Assembly (NCBI GenBank): GCA_030141605.1
Contig: JAQGDQ010000126.1
Coordinates: 186,001-250,000, forward strand
DNA length: 64,000 nucleotides
Source of the DNA: Tubiluchus corallicola
Taxonomy: Eukaryota; Animalia; Priapulida
Direction of reading: 5' to 3'
Below the pieces are notes generated by a model. The model did no database searches. It was not told where the DNA came from and saw nothing but the letters and a program-made list of their open reading frames with translations. A program made the position numbers and the translations under genes. Shown piece by piece: positions 14,401 through 29,400 of this stretch (positions within the stretch are counted from its first letter, which is position 1; every line of letters begins with the position of its first letter).

Positions 14401-17400
14401 ACTTACAGCACAAAGCTGGGGCGAAATTGGAATTTCTGTTGGGAATGGTCCATTGCTACATTGTAAAGGCTATAGAACATTTACTAACAAAGCGTAAGTA
14501 TAAATGGAGATTTGCAGTTTTTTCAGTTACCCTTTTCAAGTATCAACAAAAAATTGGTATAAACTGGTTAAATTATTTTATTTTAACTAGTCTTCAACAT
14601 GTATTCCACCTATTTTTGATTCTAGAAATCAACTGACAGCTGATCCAATTCTTAAAGCCAATACCTTTAATGATTAGTCTGTTTCTCAAGCTATCCTGGG
14701 TTAAATCCACGCTGTATTGCCTGTTCTTGATTTGTTAGCCAATTCTTTTATTTGTGATATTGTTGTAACAGAATCTGATGTGAAGGATGTGTTTTATCAC
14801 TTGATATAACCAAAGCCAGTGGTCCTGATAATATAAGTAATAGATGCTTAAGCTGTCTGCACCTATGTCTCACAGACCACTAGCTAAATTATTCAGCCTA
14901 TCTTTGTCAAATAGTGTATTTCCAGATATTTGGAAAATAGCAAACTTACTACCTTTGTTTAAGAAAGACGACCAATGTTGCGTTAGCAATTATCGACCTG
15001 TATCTTTGTTATCCTGTGCATCCAAAGCATTTGAAAAAAATTGCTTTTAGACATAGGCAATCTGGTTTTATCCCTTGTGATTCTCCTATCAGCTAAATAC
15101 ATGGTGCATTCGATATGTCAGGCACTAGATTTGTTATAAAGTGCGAACTGTCTTTTTAGTTATTTGCAAAATGTTTGGCATAAAAGACAAAATGTTTGGC
15201 ATAAAGTTACTGTTAATTTGATGCAGGGAAAATTAATTACTTTCTTGGTTAAGTTCATTTCTGTCAGAAAGGAAACAATTTGTAATTATCAATCTGATCT
15301 GAAGTACCTGTAACACTTATTTACCACAAGGATCAGTTTTAGGTCCTCTCCTCTTTTTTACATTCATTAACGACACAGCTAATGGTATTCAGTCCGCTAA
15401 TGGTATGCGATTATTTTCTGATGATACATGCATGAAACATGTGGTCCACTGCCAAAATATTACAGCAGGATCTAAATTGTATTACTCAATGGGCAAGTAG
15501 GTGTTTGGCTATCTTTAAAATTCCCTTTTCTTCCCTCTTAAATATTTTGCTATGAAAAATATCTTTTATTTCTATTGAAAATAAATTTTGCTTTTCTTTG
15601 AAGTTTGTAATTGCCGATGGGTGATTAGCTCTTAGTTTGCCTTACAAAATCAGAGGCTGGGAATGTAATGAGACTCTCATACACACACTATTGTTAGAAA
15701 GCTTTATTTTGAACATTTAGTATTTAATATGATTAGATTACCAAAAACAATAGTATTAATCACTATGCGAAGGCACTATATCATCAACTTTCCAATTTTT
15801 TCACAGCTATTAATCTGATCAACATCAATCATTGATTGGCATTGGCAACTATGCATTTACAGAATAAATGGCAAAAGTTATAATAAAGCATGATTCTTAG
15901 ATTACCTATTTATTGTCTTAAACAAACTGTTGATTTTGGTGAATTTTTTCAACTTCAGGTTTTGTACAATGTCTGGTTCGCTGCAGTTTACACAGCTAGG
16001 AGTCAAACCAGGCATAACAGCTGGTATGTAATATGTCTATGTGTAATCTCACTCAGTTAAATAGTGTGGTAGTATCATAATAATGTTAAATATGTCGTCT
16101 TTTATATTAAAAATCAAGTTCTTAACAAAATTTGAAAAATTGTCATAAAATAAAAAGAATCTGCCCCCAAGACAGGTAAACACAGCAGTTAACCCAGCAA
16201 TAGGCTGGACACTGTTATTCCAGTGGCTTGGCAGCACCACTTCCATGTCTCTTCAACTAAGCTTGTTATCACCCGCAGTTATCATTGAGTGTCCTATTTG
16301 GCACAAACAAGGTATTGGTAATGAAGTCTGCAAAAAAGCTAACTGTAGCATCAGTATTGTACATGTGCATTTAAACTGTATACACAGCATTTATTAGCGA
16401 AAATTGATTTGTGACATTTCTATGTTTGTACTTGAGGGCTGTCAAGTGATAAACTCCGTAATTTTAATTACTCGAAACAAAAGACTCTTCATTATTAATA
16501 ATGAAAATATGTGCTTTTCAGTTTTGGGACAACATTTAGATACAAATATAATGGCTTACATGGCATGGAAAACTGGCACTCCTTCATCGCTGTCGACGAC
16601 AGTTGTCTGGGATGGAAATAATAAACATGTGTCATTTACTGCTCAAGTATGTTTTTTACATATGAAATATAAATTTCAAGTTACTAATCTTTAGAACAAA
16701 GCATTTGGCACATTGCAAGCTGGAATAAGGCTGATACATACCCTAGCCAAGATAAATGACCTTGAGCGCATCTTGCATAGTGGTATAGATGAATACGGCT
16801 GGTTTGCATTGTAGTCTCTAAAGAAGGTTAAAATGTCACTACTTTAAAACTACAAGTTACTTAGGAACTATGCCTTAGGAACAGATTGCTACATAAAACA
16901 GCTATAGTAGAATACTTTAATGTCACTTTGGCTGCTTAATTGCTTACCAGTAGATGTACTAACATTTTAGATATTGAAAAAAAGTTTAACTACTTGAATT
17001 ATAAAAGCTTGTTCTACTTTCAATAGCTAAGCAACATTGGCCATGTAAGAAGTGCTTTAATGGATCAGGTGCTTTAGAGAATGATTGTTTTCAAGTTACT
17101 AGCTTAATTGCATTCCTTTAGCTCGCTTCAGTTATTGCTGTACATGTACTATAATTATATTTGGAACTTGGAAAGTTCACTAGTTCATTTTTCTCTACAG
17201 AGAATATTGGAACTAGATCTAGTTTTTTCTGATAAGTTAGTGGAACTAGGAACTTGGACTGTTTCTACATGGGAACTTAGCACTGGAACTAGTTTCCTTT
17301 TCTGGCAGGGAATTGGAACTAGAACTATGGAGAAGGAATTATAAAGTTTTATAACTACACATATCACTGTTTAGAATCAAATTAAAGTGATCAGAAATAA

Positions 17401-20400
17401 GTCCTACTGACTTGAGAATATGCTACTGTGATTTGAAATCATTCCTACTTACTTGAATGGGTGCTTTTTCGTTGAGTGAGGTACTGTATAAGGCACTGCA
17501 GTGACCTGAATTCAATCCCATTTCATTGAGTAATGTACTATCTAGTAACAGTGTTCTCAAATGAGTTCTATGTACCTGAGTAGCATGCTACAGTGAATTC
17601 GTATCACAGTATACTTGCAAAGGAAAATCATATTCAATACCTAACCTTAATAAACATCTTCCCTCAACATAGTAAAGAACCAGAATCAATATAAAATGAA
17701 CATTCAATAACACAATACAGTGATCAGAAATGAGTCCTACCTATTTAAATAAGGTGCTACAGTGCTCAAATAGTAGCGTAAGTAAAATCGTATAGGGTGT
17801 TAGAGACCTAAATGTGCATACTTAAATGTGGTGTGTAGCACTTTTTCTTTAATTAAAAAATGGCCGTATATTGCAATTCATATTCAAAATGTATACAACC
17901 AGAATTAGTATGGTGAACGAAACTACTTAGATTTAGTATTAAGTTCCGGTTGATCATTAGCTACTTACTGCATAAGGCCCATTTCACAGTGAGGATGCAA
18001 GGAAAATTGACAAACTGAATTGCTGTCAGAAGATCAGAAAATTTTCTGAAAATTTCAGGTTTTTCTCGAAATCCCATGCAGGAAGAAAGTTCACATTTCA
18101 CAGTGAAACATTGCATTTTTTTTCTGCACTTTCAGTTAGCTGCAACTACTTTGCAAGTTTTATACTGTATATACTGTAGTATACTATATACTATCTAAAT
18201 TAAGTTATACTTGCCGTATTTCTTATATTCAAGGTACAATTAATAATATTAATCAATGAAATGTCAGACCTCTTTGTTTTTTTTAGCAAACTTTTACTAA
18301 GCACTTCAAAATCTGAAAATATACATATATAAAATATTTATATGCATGCGTTATTTTCTTTTTTCATGACTATAGCCATTGATGTTGCATTAGTAAAACG
18401 CAAAACTTCAGTCTCATAACAGAGAGATTAAATCTATAATTTTATGCTGAAATGTGTTAATTGTTGTTCGTTAAATAAGAAGTAATTGAGTAGTTAAATT
18501 CTGCGAGAATTTCTCACGAAAATGGAACATGCAGTATTTCTACTATGTGGCAGAATTCCTCACAAGGAGGATGCATAGCTTTTAGCTAGCAGCAAAAGTC
18601 AGTTACAAGGTTTTTAATGGTACTGATGTACCAGCATTATAGTTTACGATAATTTCAGTAAATTATTACAAAGTAAATTGCCAAGCAGTTTATAGGGTTT
18701 TCAAGTTATGCTGGTAGTGATGTAAATCTGTGAATTTAATAACAGAGCCAGATTCAAGCTTCTTAGAAGAATTTATTGGAGATTAATGATTAAAATCCAG
18801 TTGCTGTACTGTTGGCTGTGGTGTTAAGTTATAAAATAACCCATTGCATCTCATCATAAATCCTAGGCTGTCTCTCTTTTTTCTGATTATGTGGCATTTA
18901 TATATATTATATCATATTATTTATTTAGGTCCAAGAGGTAAAATAGTACACAATGAACATAAAATATCATGTACAAAAGTAGTTCTTCATAAGCATGCCA
19001 GGGCAAAAGCAGCAGGGAACTTAATCCCCAAACAGTAAGCTGCCTGCTGACCCATAAAGCAAACAGCATCACAACACTGCAGGGTAGTTTAATTTAATGC
19101 CTTTATCATAAAGAATATATTGCTACACCCATGGAGCTTGTAATTAATTTATACCAGTAACTAAAACAAACTTTATAGGTTCAGCTTATGTGAGCTGATT
19201 TTAAGTTAATTAGTTGCTTTGGGTTGCATCCCTACCATTAGTCTCCTTACCATCATTCATACCATTTTGAAGCACTTCTGCCTCATGTCTGTTTCTATGA
19301 GTTTCAGAATCATTCTTTGTATATAAAATTGTTATTATTAAATGCAAAAATATTAATAAATCCATGCTAATATAAAATTTGCTATAAATGCATGCCTTTG
19401 GCACTGGTGAGTTCTCCAATGTGAAAATGTGAATTGCAAAGATTTCAGAGCACATTGAGGTAGCAGTACAAAAGTTAACATTTTGTATTTCTTAAATTGG
19501 CTAAGAAACTTTGTAAACTCAACTTCTGTGAGATGATGTGTGTTAATCTGTTGAGCTAGGGTGTATCACCTAGAATAGTAACATATATGTGAAGTGTTTG
19601 TTTCTGTAAGCTAATTAATAGTGTTTCTTTAAAGCAAAAATGTAAACGAATTTATTAATTTGCAATTTGCTTTGAATGTTTTGGAGTGGTGCAGGCATTA
19701 ATATTTAAAATCCGGATTTCAAAATTTTAAGAATACATCAACTATTATTACAAAGTTTTAATCTTCTTTAGTTAGCGGAGAAACTTTACAAGTTCATCCT
19801 TTGACAGAGAACTGTAAGCTGATCAGAGCTAGTTGTATCAGCAATTTTTTGTAAATGCTTTTACAGTAATGTGAACCACTGCTACAATACAATGAAATTC
19901 TTTGATGTGAAAAACTATAACTGCATTTTTAATTTAAATTTCAGTTTGGTATTCCAACATCGCATGTAACAATTAGCTATATGCATCGGTTTCCCGAAGA
20001 ACAAAGCAAGTTAAAGGTTGCTACAAAGTTGGTATTTTATATTCTTCTTTTGAATTAGTTAAGAAATGAAAAGAAAACTTGTAATTTTCTATGTGCCCTT
20101 GTCCTATTTGTGATTGGTAAGCAGGCATTTGAGAGATTTTGTGAAAAAATCTCTTGAATTGAAGAATTCAAATTGAGTACTGAAAATCAGAGCAGTGGAT
20201 TAAGTACATTTGATATCACTCACTTAGAATCTGAATACTCATTCCAGAGAAACTAAAAAAATCAAATTGTAGAAATGTCATTTGAAAAACAATATTTACA
20301 ACAATATTTTAACATAAATAACTTATTGAAAATTCTCCCATTCATACTCTGTTCCTTCTCCTTCAGAGATTTTTTTCTGGCATTTATAAGATATTTTGTT

Positions 20401-23400
20401 GTTTCATTGCATTCCTGTTTTATAAATTGTTCTGATTCTAACAATGTTTTAGGTTTGGTACATTTGGTGCTTTATTCGAATATGGAGCAGAGAAGAAAAT
20501 AACCCAAAACAGTATTTTAGGTGCAACCATGTCGTTAGGAATTCCGTCTGGTGTATCATTAAAAATTAGGTGATTTTATGCTTTGTAACTATTGTAACTC
20601 TGTAACTATAAGCCATCCACATGGTCATTCTTGAGTTGGTCAGTGCTGAAGAACTGTGCGGACGCCGAGACTGACAGTGAAATTTGAATGTCATTTAAGT
20701 TTGACGATAAAAAACTGCTCTTGATTTTGTCAGTGTCAATCATCATTCTCGGAATGAACAGCCAATAACAATGTGCGCTGGTCACTTGTTAGAGGAGCCC
20801 ATTTATCGCTGGTTGTAATTCTTATAATGACAAGAATTATAATTATGAAACATGCAAAATTGTAAGGTAATCACTACCCTTTGCTAAAAGGCAGCCCTAA
20901 AATGAGAAACGGATAGAAAATCTCTGATATTATCAATTGGCATCGTGATCCAAAGATTCAGAAGTCTGTTTAGAATTAACAGCTTAGCACTTAATTCCTA
21001 CACTTAATGATTTTCACTTAGCTTATGATGTTGGTGTTTGAATCATCTTTGAATTTGTTATTTACATAATTTTTTTTGAAAAGATTTTCATTTGTTTTGT
21101 TTCTTGACATTTAACCCAACTTCCTTGAAGCCTAAGTGATGATTTAAGCTAATTAATTCAAGTTTTTGTTATTGTACATCTAATGTAGGGAAACCGTTTG
21201 TGACCTTGTTGCATAAGGGTGGTCAGATACTTTTTAGCTTCTTTGTTCAGATGCATTTTAGCCATTCAAGTTAACATTTTTTGGATTTTCTGTTGACATA
21301 AATTACTGTTTCTTTTCAGAGTACACAGGTTCAATCAAACGTATGTTTTTCCTATACAGCTATCAGAAAGCATAGTTCCCAGTGCTATATTATATGGAAC
21401 TACTGTTCCAGTGCTAGTTTTCTTTGTTACAAGAGCTCTTGTTGTACGACCTTGGTTGAGACGACAGAAAGAGCAGTAAGATTCCAAATTACATCAAAAT
21501 GGAATTTATTGCCGACCGGTTTCGAACAAAACTGTTCAATATCAAGGCATCTGAAAAAAAGAAATTTACCAGAATTTAGAAACAACATCGAAATACAATT
21601 CAGCAGCGAGATAGCCAAAAGATAAATGATATAAATTCTATAGATAATTTAGCAATTTCCCTTGCAGATTACATATCTTGGTTGGTATGAAACTATGCTA
21701 CACTCCACAAACAAACAAAGAAAAACCAATATGTTAGCAGCAACAGAACTGTCAATGTTAGGGAGCTGTATTACTGAATTCCACAAAATACAGTGCACTA
21801 TTGGTGTTGCGCAAGCTCAAGTGCACTTCAGCAGTCAAGAGTGCACAGACTCATCTTTGCTGTTTAACTTATGCCCAATACGTTTTATGTGTTCCAGTAT
21901 TGACAAAACACGTGATCCTTTATTTGAAACCAGTTTTGTTTGAAACCAGTCGGCAATAAATATCATTTTGATGTAATTATATCTATTTGTCAAATTTGGA
22001 TAATTCAGTTAGATTGCAAATTGTTATTATAATTGTGTACTGTAGTTTATAATACAGAACACATTATTAGTTTATATCCTTGTTTGTGTCAAAATTTTGT
22101 TGTTGTGTTATGTTTGGTTAGTCTTTCTGGATTTAAAGTATTTTACATAATGTAAAATCTAAGTTATACAGCATTGGGAATGGCACTTATAAATGACAGC
22201 TTTGTGGACATATTTCCTTTGGGTAAAGAGCTAGTTCCAGAAAAATAGTACTTCACTCGCAATGTAGATGCATGACTAGCCATACCCACCACACCACATC
22301 ACCCACACTGCACCCACCACACCGACGATGACACCTACAAAACCAACATCAATAACACAACAGCATAGCAAGAAAACACAAAATATTTTATACAAAGTTG
22401 AAAGTGTGCGTTATGACAAATGCTATCATATTCATCTATGAATGATCATTAATGATTAATGCACAAACATAGATAGTTTTTGTTTACTGCTTCTCGGATG
22501 ATAATAGGCTAACAGAAACAACTTACACATGCAATCTATAACACAATAGAATAAATAGGTGATGACAACACCTGAAGCACAAAGACAGTGTGTGTTCAAA
22601 ATAATATACAGCATTGGGGAGGGGTGTTGAATAAGAACTTTGAAATATACCCCTCCCGTTTCATCTAGCGGTCATCTTTCCTAACAAAACTTCACACCTT
22701 ATAGACTGTTTCCTCCTTTTTCCAGGAGTTGGGTTGTTTTTCCCCAACAGTTGTACAAATCAAGCTTTTCTGGAAGCCAATTATTGCATTTTTCTGCAGA
22801 ATTTGGGCATATATGTTGGGAAAGCAGGAAGCCTTGGGCTTGCTGTGAAGTCTAAACATGCTTATAACACCCACCTATCCAACTATTGCCTGCACATTAC
22901 AATGGTTTGCCTGCACATTACTGATTTAGCATGATTTTAGAATGGTTATTCTTTCCCCTTTGCATTTATACTACTCCACTGGCTTCTTTGTTTTATCTGT
23001 TAAAGATTAAGTATAAGCAAATTTTACTGTGCAATTTACTTCTTGGAACCTTTTCATTTATGATATCTAATATCGTTATCTCAAGTGATTGTAAATTTTT
23101 TATTTGTATATTCTGATGTTCACGAATCATGAATATTTATGATTTTTTTGGCAAGTACAGACAAACCAAAGAATCAGTTGAAATCAATGCCCAAAAACTA
23201 TCTGAGAAGAAAATGGAGGCTGAAGCAGCAACATCATTGATGTTGGAAACTGTGAATAGGATACGTGAAACTGAAACAAATAAACGTGGTCTGGTTATTA
23301 TACAAGCTTGGTATGGCCTTCTAGTCACAGAAACTAGCAGGTAAGTCCTTAGTATTGCTCAAGTTGATACTTGTTTTTACAAATAAGTTTTTTGAAGTAG

Positions 23401-26400
23401 AAATGCATTATGTTATGTAGTACACGCCTTGAGCTACATTAGCTTACAATAAATGATTCACTTTTATTTGAGTCATTTGGGGAGGTGCATTTACCTACCC
23501 CATTGCACGTGCATAAAACCAAGAAATAAAGTTTCATGTGTTTAGCTAATTTTTTTGAGATGATTAACTGAGATGATTAATTAATTACCTACAGAATTAG
23601 TAACACAGCTTTACTAGATTTTATTAAAGCAAGTGTAGATAATCAGTACCTTGGTAGTTAGATGAATTTGTCATGTAGAACTAAAAAGCATGAAACTCTG
23701 TGCAACAATAAATTTTACTTTTTCTGTCTCATTAGAAATTGTTTTATTTATGATGAAATTTTGCTTAAATTGTTTGCTGGCAGGCTGCCTTACAGCTGAC
23801 TTAGTTTGTGTTGCATAATATTGTACATATGTTTTCATAAACACTGCCTATTATTTTCGCCCAGGTTTGTAGGATTGGCATTAGTAACATTTATCATCCC
23901 ATTTTTATGATTTTGGTTGTTTTTAACCTGCTAAAACGACAACACAGTGCAATCTGTAACATTTGTGCGATACTGTGCAATTGGCTGAGTTTAAAAGTAG
24001 AGGAAAAGTGAATGGAACTGGAATCCTGGTCAGGTTCCCTCTGAGTATGATGTGGATTACCTTAAATTAATAGATTTATAATTCTTTTGATAAATAAAAG
24101 AAATTCCACAGTTATTAGTGAAAACTACAAACACTAAATTAAAAAAAGCCTATGGTTGGAAACTGTTTTCTGGCATTTAAAAATATTGCATAGTACTTTT
24201 TGTAAGCATAGTGCACGGTTTGGTGCAGATGGCCCATTTTGTTCAGGTTGAAAATGGCCAAGGGGTTTTGCGCTACCTTCTTTTCGAATCTCACATTCGA
24301 CCTGCTTCTGTGCAAACAGTTGTCATCTGTCTTATTATTGTTGCTATTGTTATTACCTTTGTTATTTGTTTGTGGTCATGTGTTGTTGCTGTGTTCATTA
24401 AGAGTTGTTTTTAGTAGCCTATGGCTAATGTTGTTTGTTTGTCCCAGTCTTTTCAGTCATGTTTAAACGTGGATACACTGTCGCTCATTGAGATAAACAA
24501 CCTTAATCAGTATAGTGAATGAAACCATTTTCAGCCACTTGTGTATTGAATCTAGCAGTCACTTACCTATTAACTGACTGGTCTAGTATTGTCTAACTAC
24601 AGTTAATGCCATGCCGTGGAATAACTTCAAAATTACCCATTTTTGCAAATTATGTGTAACTATTTATTTATTAATGTAATAAATGTTTACCTTTTTAAGT
24701 ACAGCAAAGTCTAATGTGAGTTTTCTTATAACTTTATACAAGCATTAAGACTCATAAAATGTAAGATACATAAACAGGAAGCTTTATTGAGTTTTCATTC
24801 GCATGTCTGTTAAGCACTTCTGACATTGATTTACATTCTACTGAAGTATGGCTTCACTTACCTGGGCATTTTTCTGATATTAATGAGGCAGAGCTGTGAT
24901 CCACTAGAATTTGGCTGGAAAGACTTACTGTAACCTACCTTAGTTTCCTTACCTTTTGTTGACATATGTGGTTCTTAAACTTTAAAATTTACAGTCTATT
25001 GCCACGTTATTTTTAGCTGACTAGTTAGTTAATCTCAACTAGCTTACAGAATTGGCGAAATTGATGCAGAACTATTGGTTGTTGAAAATTTTGATTGTAC
25101 TGTTACAGTCAGGTAGCTGGAAGAGTGATTGATGTAACCATACCTCTTCAGTGTCAAGTTAAAGATTCAAAGCTTATTCTTCATGAAGGAACCAAGGTAA
25201 TTCATCCTGATCAATACTATCTTTGTGGCATTTTAACAAAGAAAGTAAAGGTAATTTTTCTCTCTGAAAATTAACAACATTTGCCAAATAGCATTAATCG
25301 ATATACAAGTCATATCATATCTGTAGATATTCCTTAATCTGCTTTATTAATCTACTTTATGTTAGTAATAACCTTGATCTATATTTATGTTTCTTATCGA
25401 AGAACAACTGTCTTTTTAAATTAAGTAAACACGTAACATAATTAACTGAGTTTCAATTTTTTCTAAAAAGATTTGCAAGGAATAGATCAACTATTCTCTA
25501 GGCAAAGTTTAAGTTCAACAAAGTCTATTCTTGTAATGGTACTATTACAAAAAATTTCTGTAGTGCACTGATTTTTCTCACATGTTTAAACAGTCATTTT
25601 ATTTTGCCTTGATACTTCAGTATTTAACTGAGAATTTTCTCCTAGTAGTGAGCATGTTTGATAATAATAAATACCTAATACAGTCAGTGTTGTTCTACTT
25701 TGTGATTATACCTCGATAAAATTAGACATTTCCTTCCTTGATTATAGTTCAGTAAATTTTACACTCCTGTTACTGATGCACCAAAGAGTATAATCCATGT
25801 CACTTACACCATACTTGTATAATCATACTGTTATGTTTTTGAAGAGGTATTGTGGCTACGCTATTAATGTACTACAGACCAGATATTTGTTTGAAGAGGT
25901 ATTGTTGTTACACTTGTTAATGTACTGAAGACAAAATGTCGGGTAAAAATGCAGTGAACTATGAATCAACAGAGGTACAGTAGCAGCGAATTCAGAAATG
26001 TAACTAAAGTACTATATTGCACAGAGTGAATGAGGTCTCTTCAAGTCACAGGTTTTTATAACTGTACAGGCAAAGCGCAGCATCTGTCTATCTATTGTGT
26101 TGTATACAAATCTAATAAAATTTTTAATGAAAAGGTGTATTGATTCACGTAATTTTGGATTTTCACTGAATAAGATTATTGAACGCTTGTTTTTCTGATA
26201 ATTTTTTTACCAATTAGATAGCACCCAGTTTTACAATATGCAATCATCTGATATCATCCAGTATTGCCTTAAGAATATGAATTAGTTAGAAAATGCATAC
26301 AGCCGAAATGATAAATTCTTGTAATATGAGAACGAGATTCAAATAAAAAATGTAGGCCGATTGCTTATTCAGATTGAATTTATGATTGTATTTTTTGTTT

Positions 26401-29400
26401 TAAATAATTGTATTTTTTGCTTTTAAGAGCAATTTAGCAGGCTTCTATGATCCAGCACCAGTTGAAGAGAAAAGTTTACACATTCTATATAAATTTCATG
26501 ATGTGATGCATGAAGTAACAGTTGAAGATAAATCACCTGTACGGTTACCTAAACAATGTAAGTCTGGATAGTTTAATTGCGCTGTAAAACCAAGTTTTCT
26601 AGCCTCAAACAATTTTTTGCTTTGTCCAATGTTTACTTGTAGGCATCCTAGGCTGTGTGCATGTGTGTATATAGTATGATGTTGGGAGCTAGTAGATTTT
26701 TATGGTGGGTGTGCAACTCTTTACCTCCCAACTCATCCACAAATCTGACTAACCTGTCGCGTCATCTTTTATTCACAATAAAAGGGTTGTGCAACATACG
26801 TGGGCGGTTGTTGTCCTACAATTTTCCAGAGGGCAACAAGGCATATGAACCAAAAATTCAACGACACAGGTATTAATTATTATGTCTTTAGAGAGGTTGC
26901 AATGTCGAAGGGCTCACTTGAAAAACCAGCGGGTCTAAGGCTTGATGTTACATTTTACGGGGGTTTACTTAGGCATTATGGTTTTCCATGTTGACCATGA
27001 CATGCATAGATTCCAAACATTCCAACAACAAAATCTTATATGAAATGGAGGAAAAGATTATGATTATGTTTACTATTTTTATTTAGTTTTTACTCTGTTT
27101 AGATAAATTAGAACAGGTCATTATCACAACTATCAATAACAGTTTATCGCGTAAAGGCAGTTAACAATAGCAAAAATGACAAAGTGAAAAGAAAACAAAA
27201 TGTCTACTTATCAGTTAACCCTTCCCCTGAGAGGACAAGGACATGGGAGAGGAGTCTGCGGACATAGCTCACTTCAGTGAGTCACAGCAACACATCAACG
27301 ACTTCAAGTATATAGCCATAACAGTCAACGGTGATGACGCCGTCTGCAGCACCAATCAAATATGAACTAAGGAATGGCTCACAAGTCTTTGTGGTTGACT
27401 CAGGATACGTCCACAATCCACAACGTCTGGACATGGTGGCTAGTCACGCCTCTCCATGTAGTTTAGAATAGGGCACATCGTAGAGAGTTCCAACATCTCA
27501 TCAGTGTGAATAAAGCTCCATCTACAACATCAAAACTGAAGTAGTTTGGTATCACCACTGATAGTCTCTTTATGTTAGATCAGCCAAACAGCAGATGTGC
27601 ACAAGTTTAGTGCCTCAGAGACTCTTATAACCAAGATTAGGATTTTAACCATTTCCGTAAAGTAAAGTTAAAATTAAGCATTTTGGCTGCTTTCAGATTC
27701 AGCAGTTACACTGTACTCTCCTGTGTCATGCACTTTCCAAGATCATGTTATGCATGGATAGGTTATAGTTTATTATGAAAGGAGGGGTGATAGGTAGGAA
27801 GCCCTTCCCACAGACTATACTACAGCAATATCTAGTTTAGCTATGTGTAAGAACCTTACAATGACTAAACTAATATATACATAGTCCACGCCAGTTGTAG
27901 CATAAAACTTATATAAAGCTTACTAAAACTATCATAAAGCCGTAATGAACCATTTACCTAGACCCTGTACGCATGTATGTATATATATTACTACGTATAC
28001 AATATGCTGTACTAAAGAAAGTATATTAATATTGTCCTAAATATTGCGTGAAAGAGCTACTATAGACACCTGTTGCTGCAGTAACAGCTCCAAAACTATA
28101 CGTATATTACATACTAATTTTTGCACATATATGCATATTACTGTACTCATAAAATGTACTAATAAAGATTTACTGTTATTTTCTGTCCCCATCTTATTTC
28201 CATTTCACTTTCAGCAGTTTTTACAAGCTAATTTACACTTCTTTAACTACAGCAGTAGTATTATAAAAATCATAATTACTACTATTTTTTGGTAATTAAA
28301 ATTTACATGTGACGACGTCTTCAACTGTATGTATATATAATTATAATGTTGCAAGCATTCTACTGAGTGAAATAAATGAAAATTGAAGCCATCCTACATA
28401 ATAAATACTGTATCGGAATTGCATTAATTGTTAAAGAACATAGACAAACAACTTTGTGAAGCAGTCACTGTAATGTAAGTGCATCTTATAAAATGCAGAG
28501 TAAAATACACCGTATGCTGTTTTCTGTTAAAATGTGTGTGGGAAAAGTGCTAATACAACACACATTATTCGAAAAACTGCCGCTTTTTTGCTTCTTGTAT
28601 TCAGGTATAGTATATTGCGGTAATCTTCAATGATTTACTTTGCATTATCACTATTATTTTATGTACAGGCTTAGCAAACACATCGTTGGATTTGTCTGCT
28701 TTACAAGAATTCAAATAAATGGTTTGTGTCACTCAAATCAGTGTAATTGTGGCCATGTTACTTGTGCACTCTGTGTAGTCTAAATCAGGGCAATGTTGGC
28801 CAGTTGAAGGCAATGTTGACCACCAGATAGAGTAATGTCGGGAGATAGAGTAATGTAACGGCGTGTTTTGACACATTCTAAGCACTTGGTGAATATTTTT
28901 CAAGTCTTACTATTGGAAAAATCTCATCATTACAGAAAGCTTGTTCATACTGTGACACTCAGGGCGACTCTCAGACTAAACGTATCGCAAAATGACTCAA
29001 GTCAAAGTATTGTTGCTTCTCATATGCCGACATACTTTATTTTCACCAAATCGTGACAAACGTCAAACATGAAAAAAATTTTGGCGCCAAAACAATATTG
29101 TCGTCTTTAAAAAGTTTTGAACAAAATTCATTCATCGAAACAATATATGCCTAGTTCATTTACAGCTTCTTGCTTTAAAACCGATGCTGTTGTAGGTTTT
29201 TCTTAGATGAGATGAACATCATACAGGGCAAGCTTGTTAGATTTTGTGATGAACTTTTTTCTGGTCTTCTTGCACATTTTTTGTGTTGATTTTCCACCTT
29301 CTTGGTGAAGTCTGTGAAATTTATTTCTCGAGGACCTGCTGGATGCGAACAACCAGGCGCAGCAGCAGATTTTGATGTCACGTGATGGTTATTGGCAGGA

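Noticed and set aside
24211-24466. Hydrophobic short ORFs as membrane micropeptides
   Set aside because: They arise from TTG/TGT-rich low-complexity intron sequence. Most other 60-100 aa ORFs in the track are likewise chance, antisense or TE-derived.
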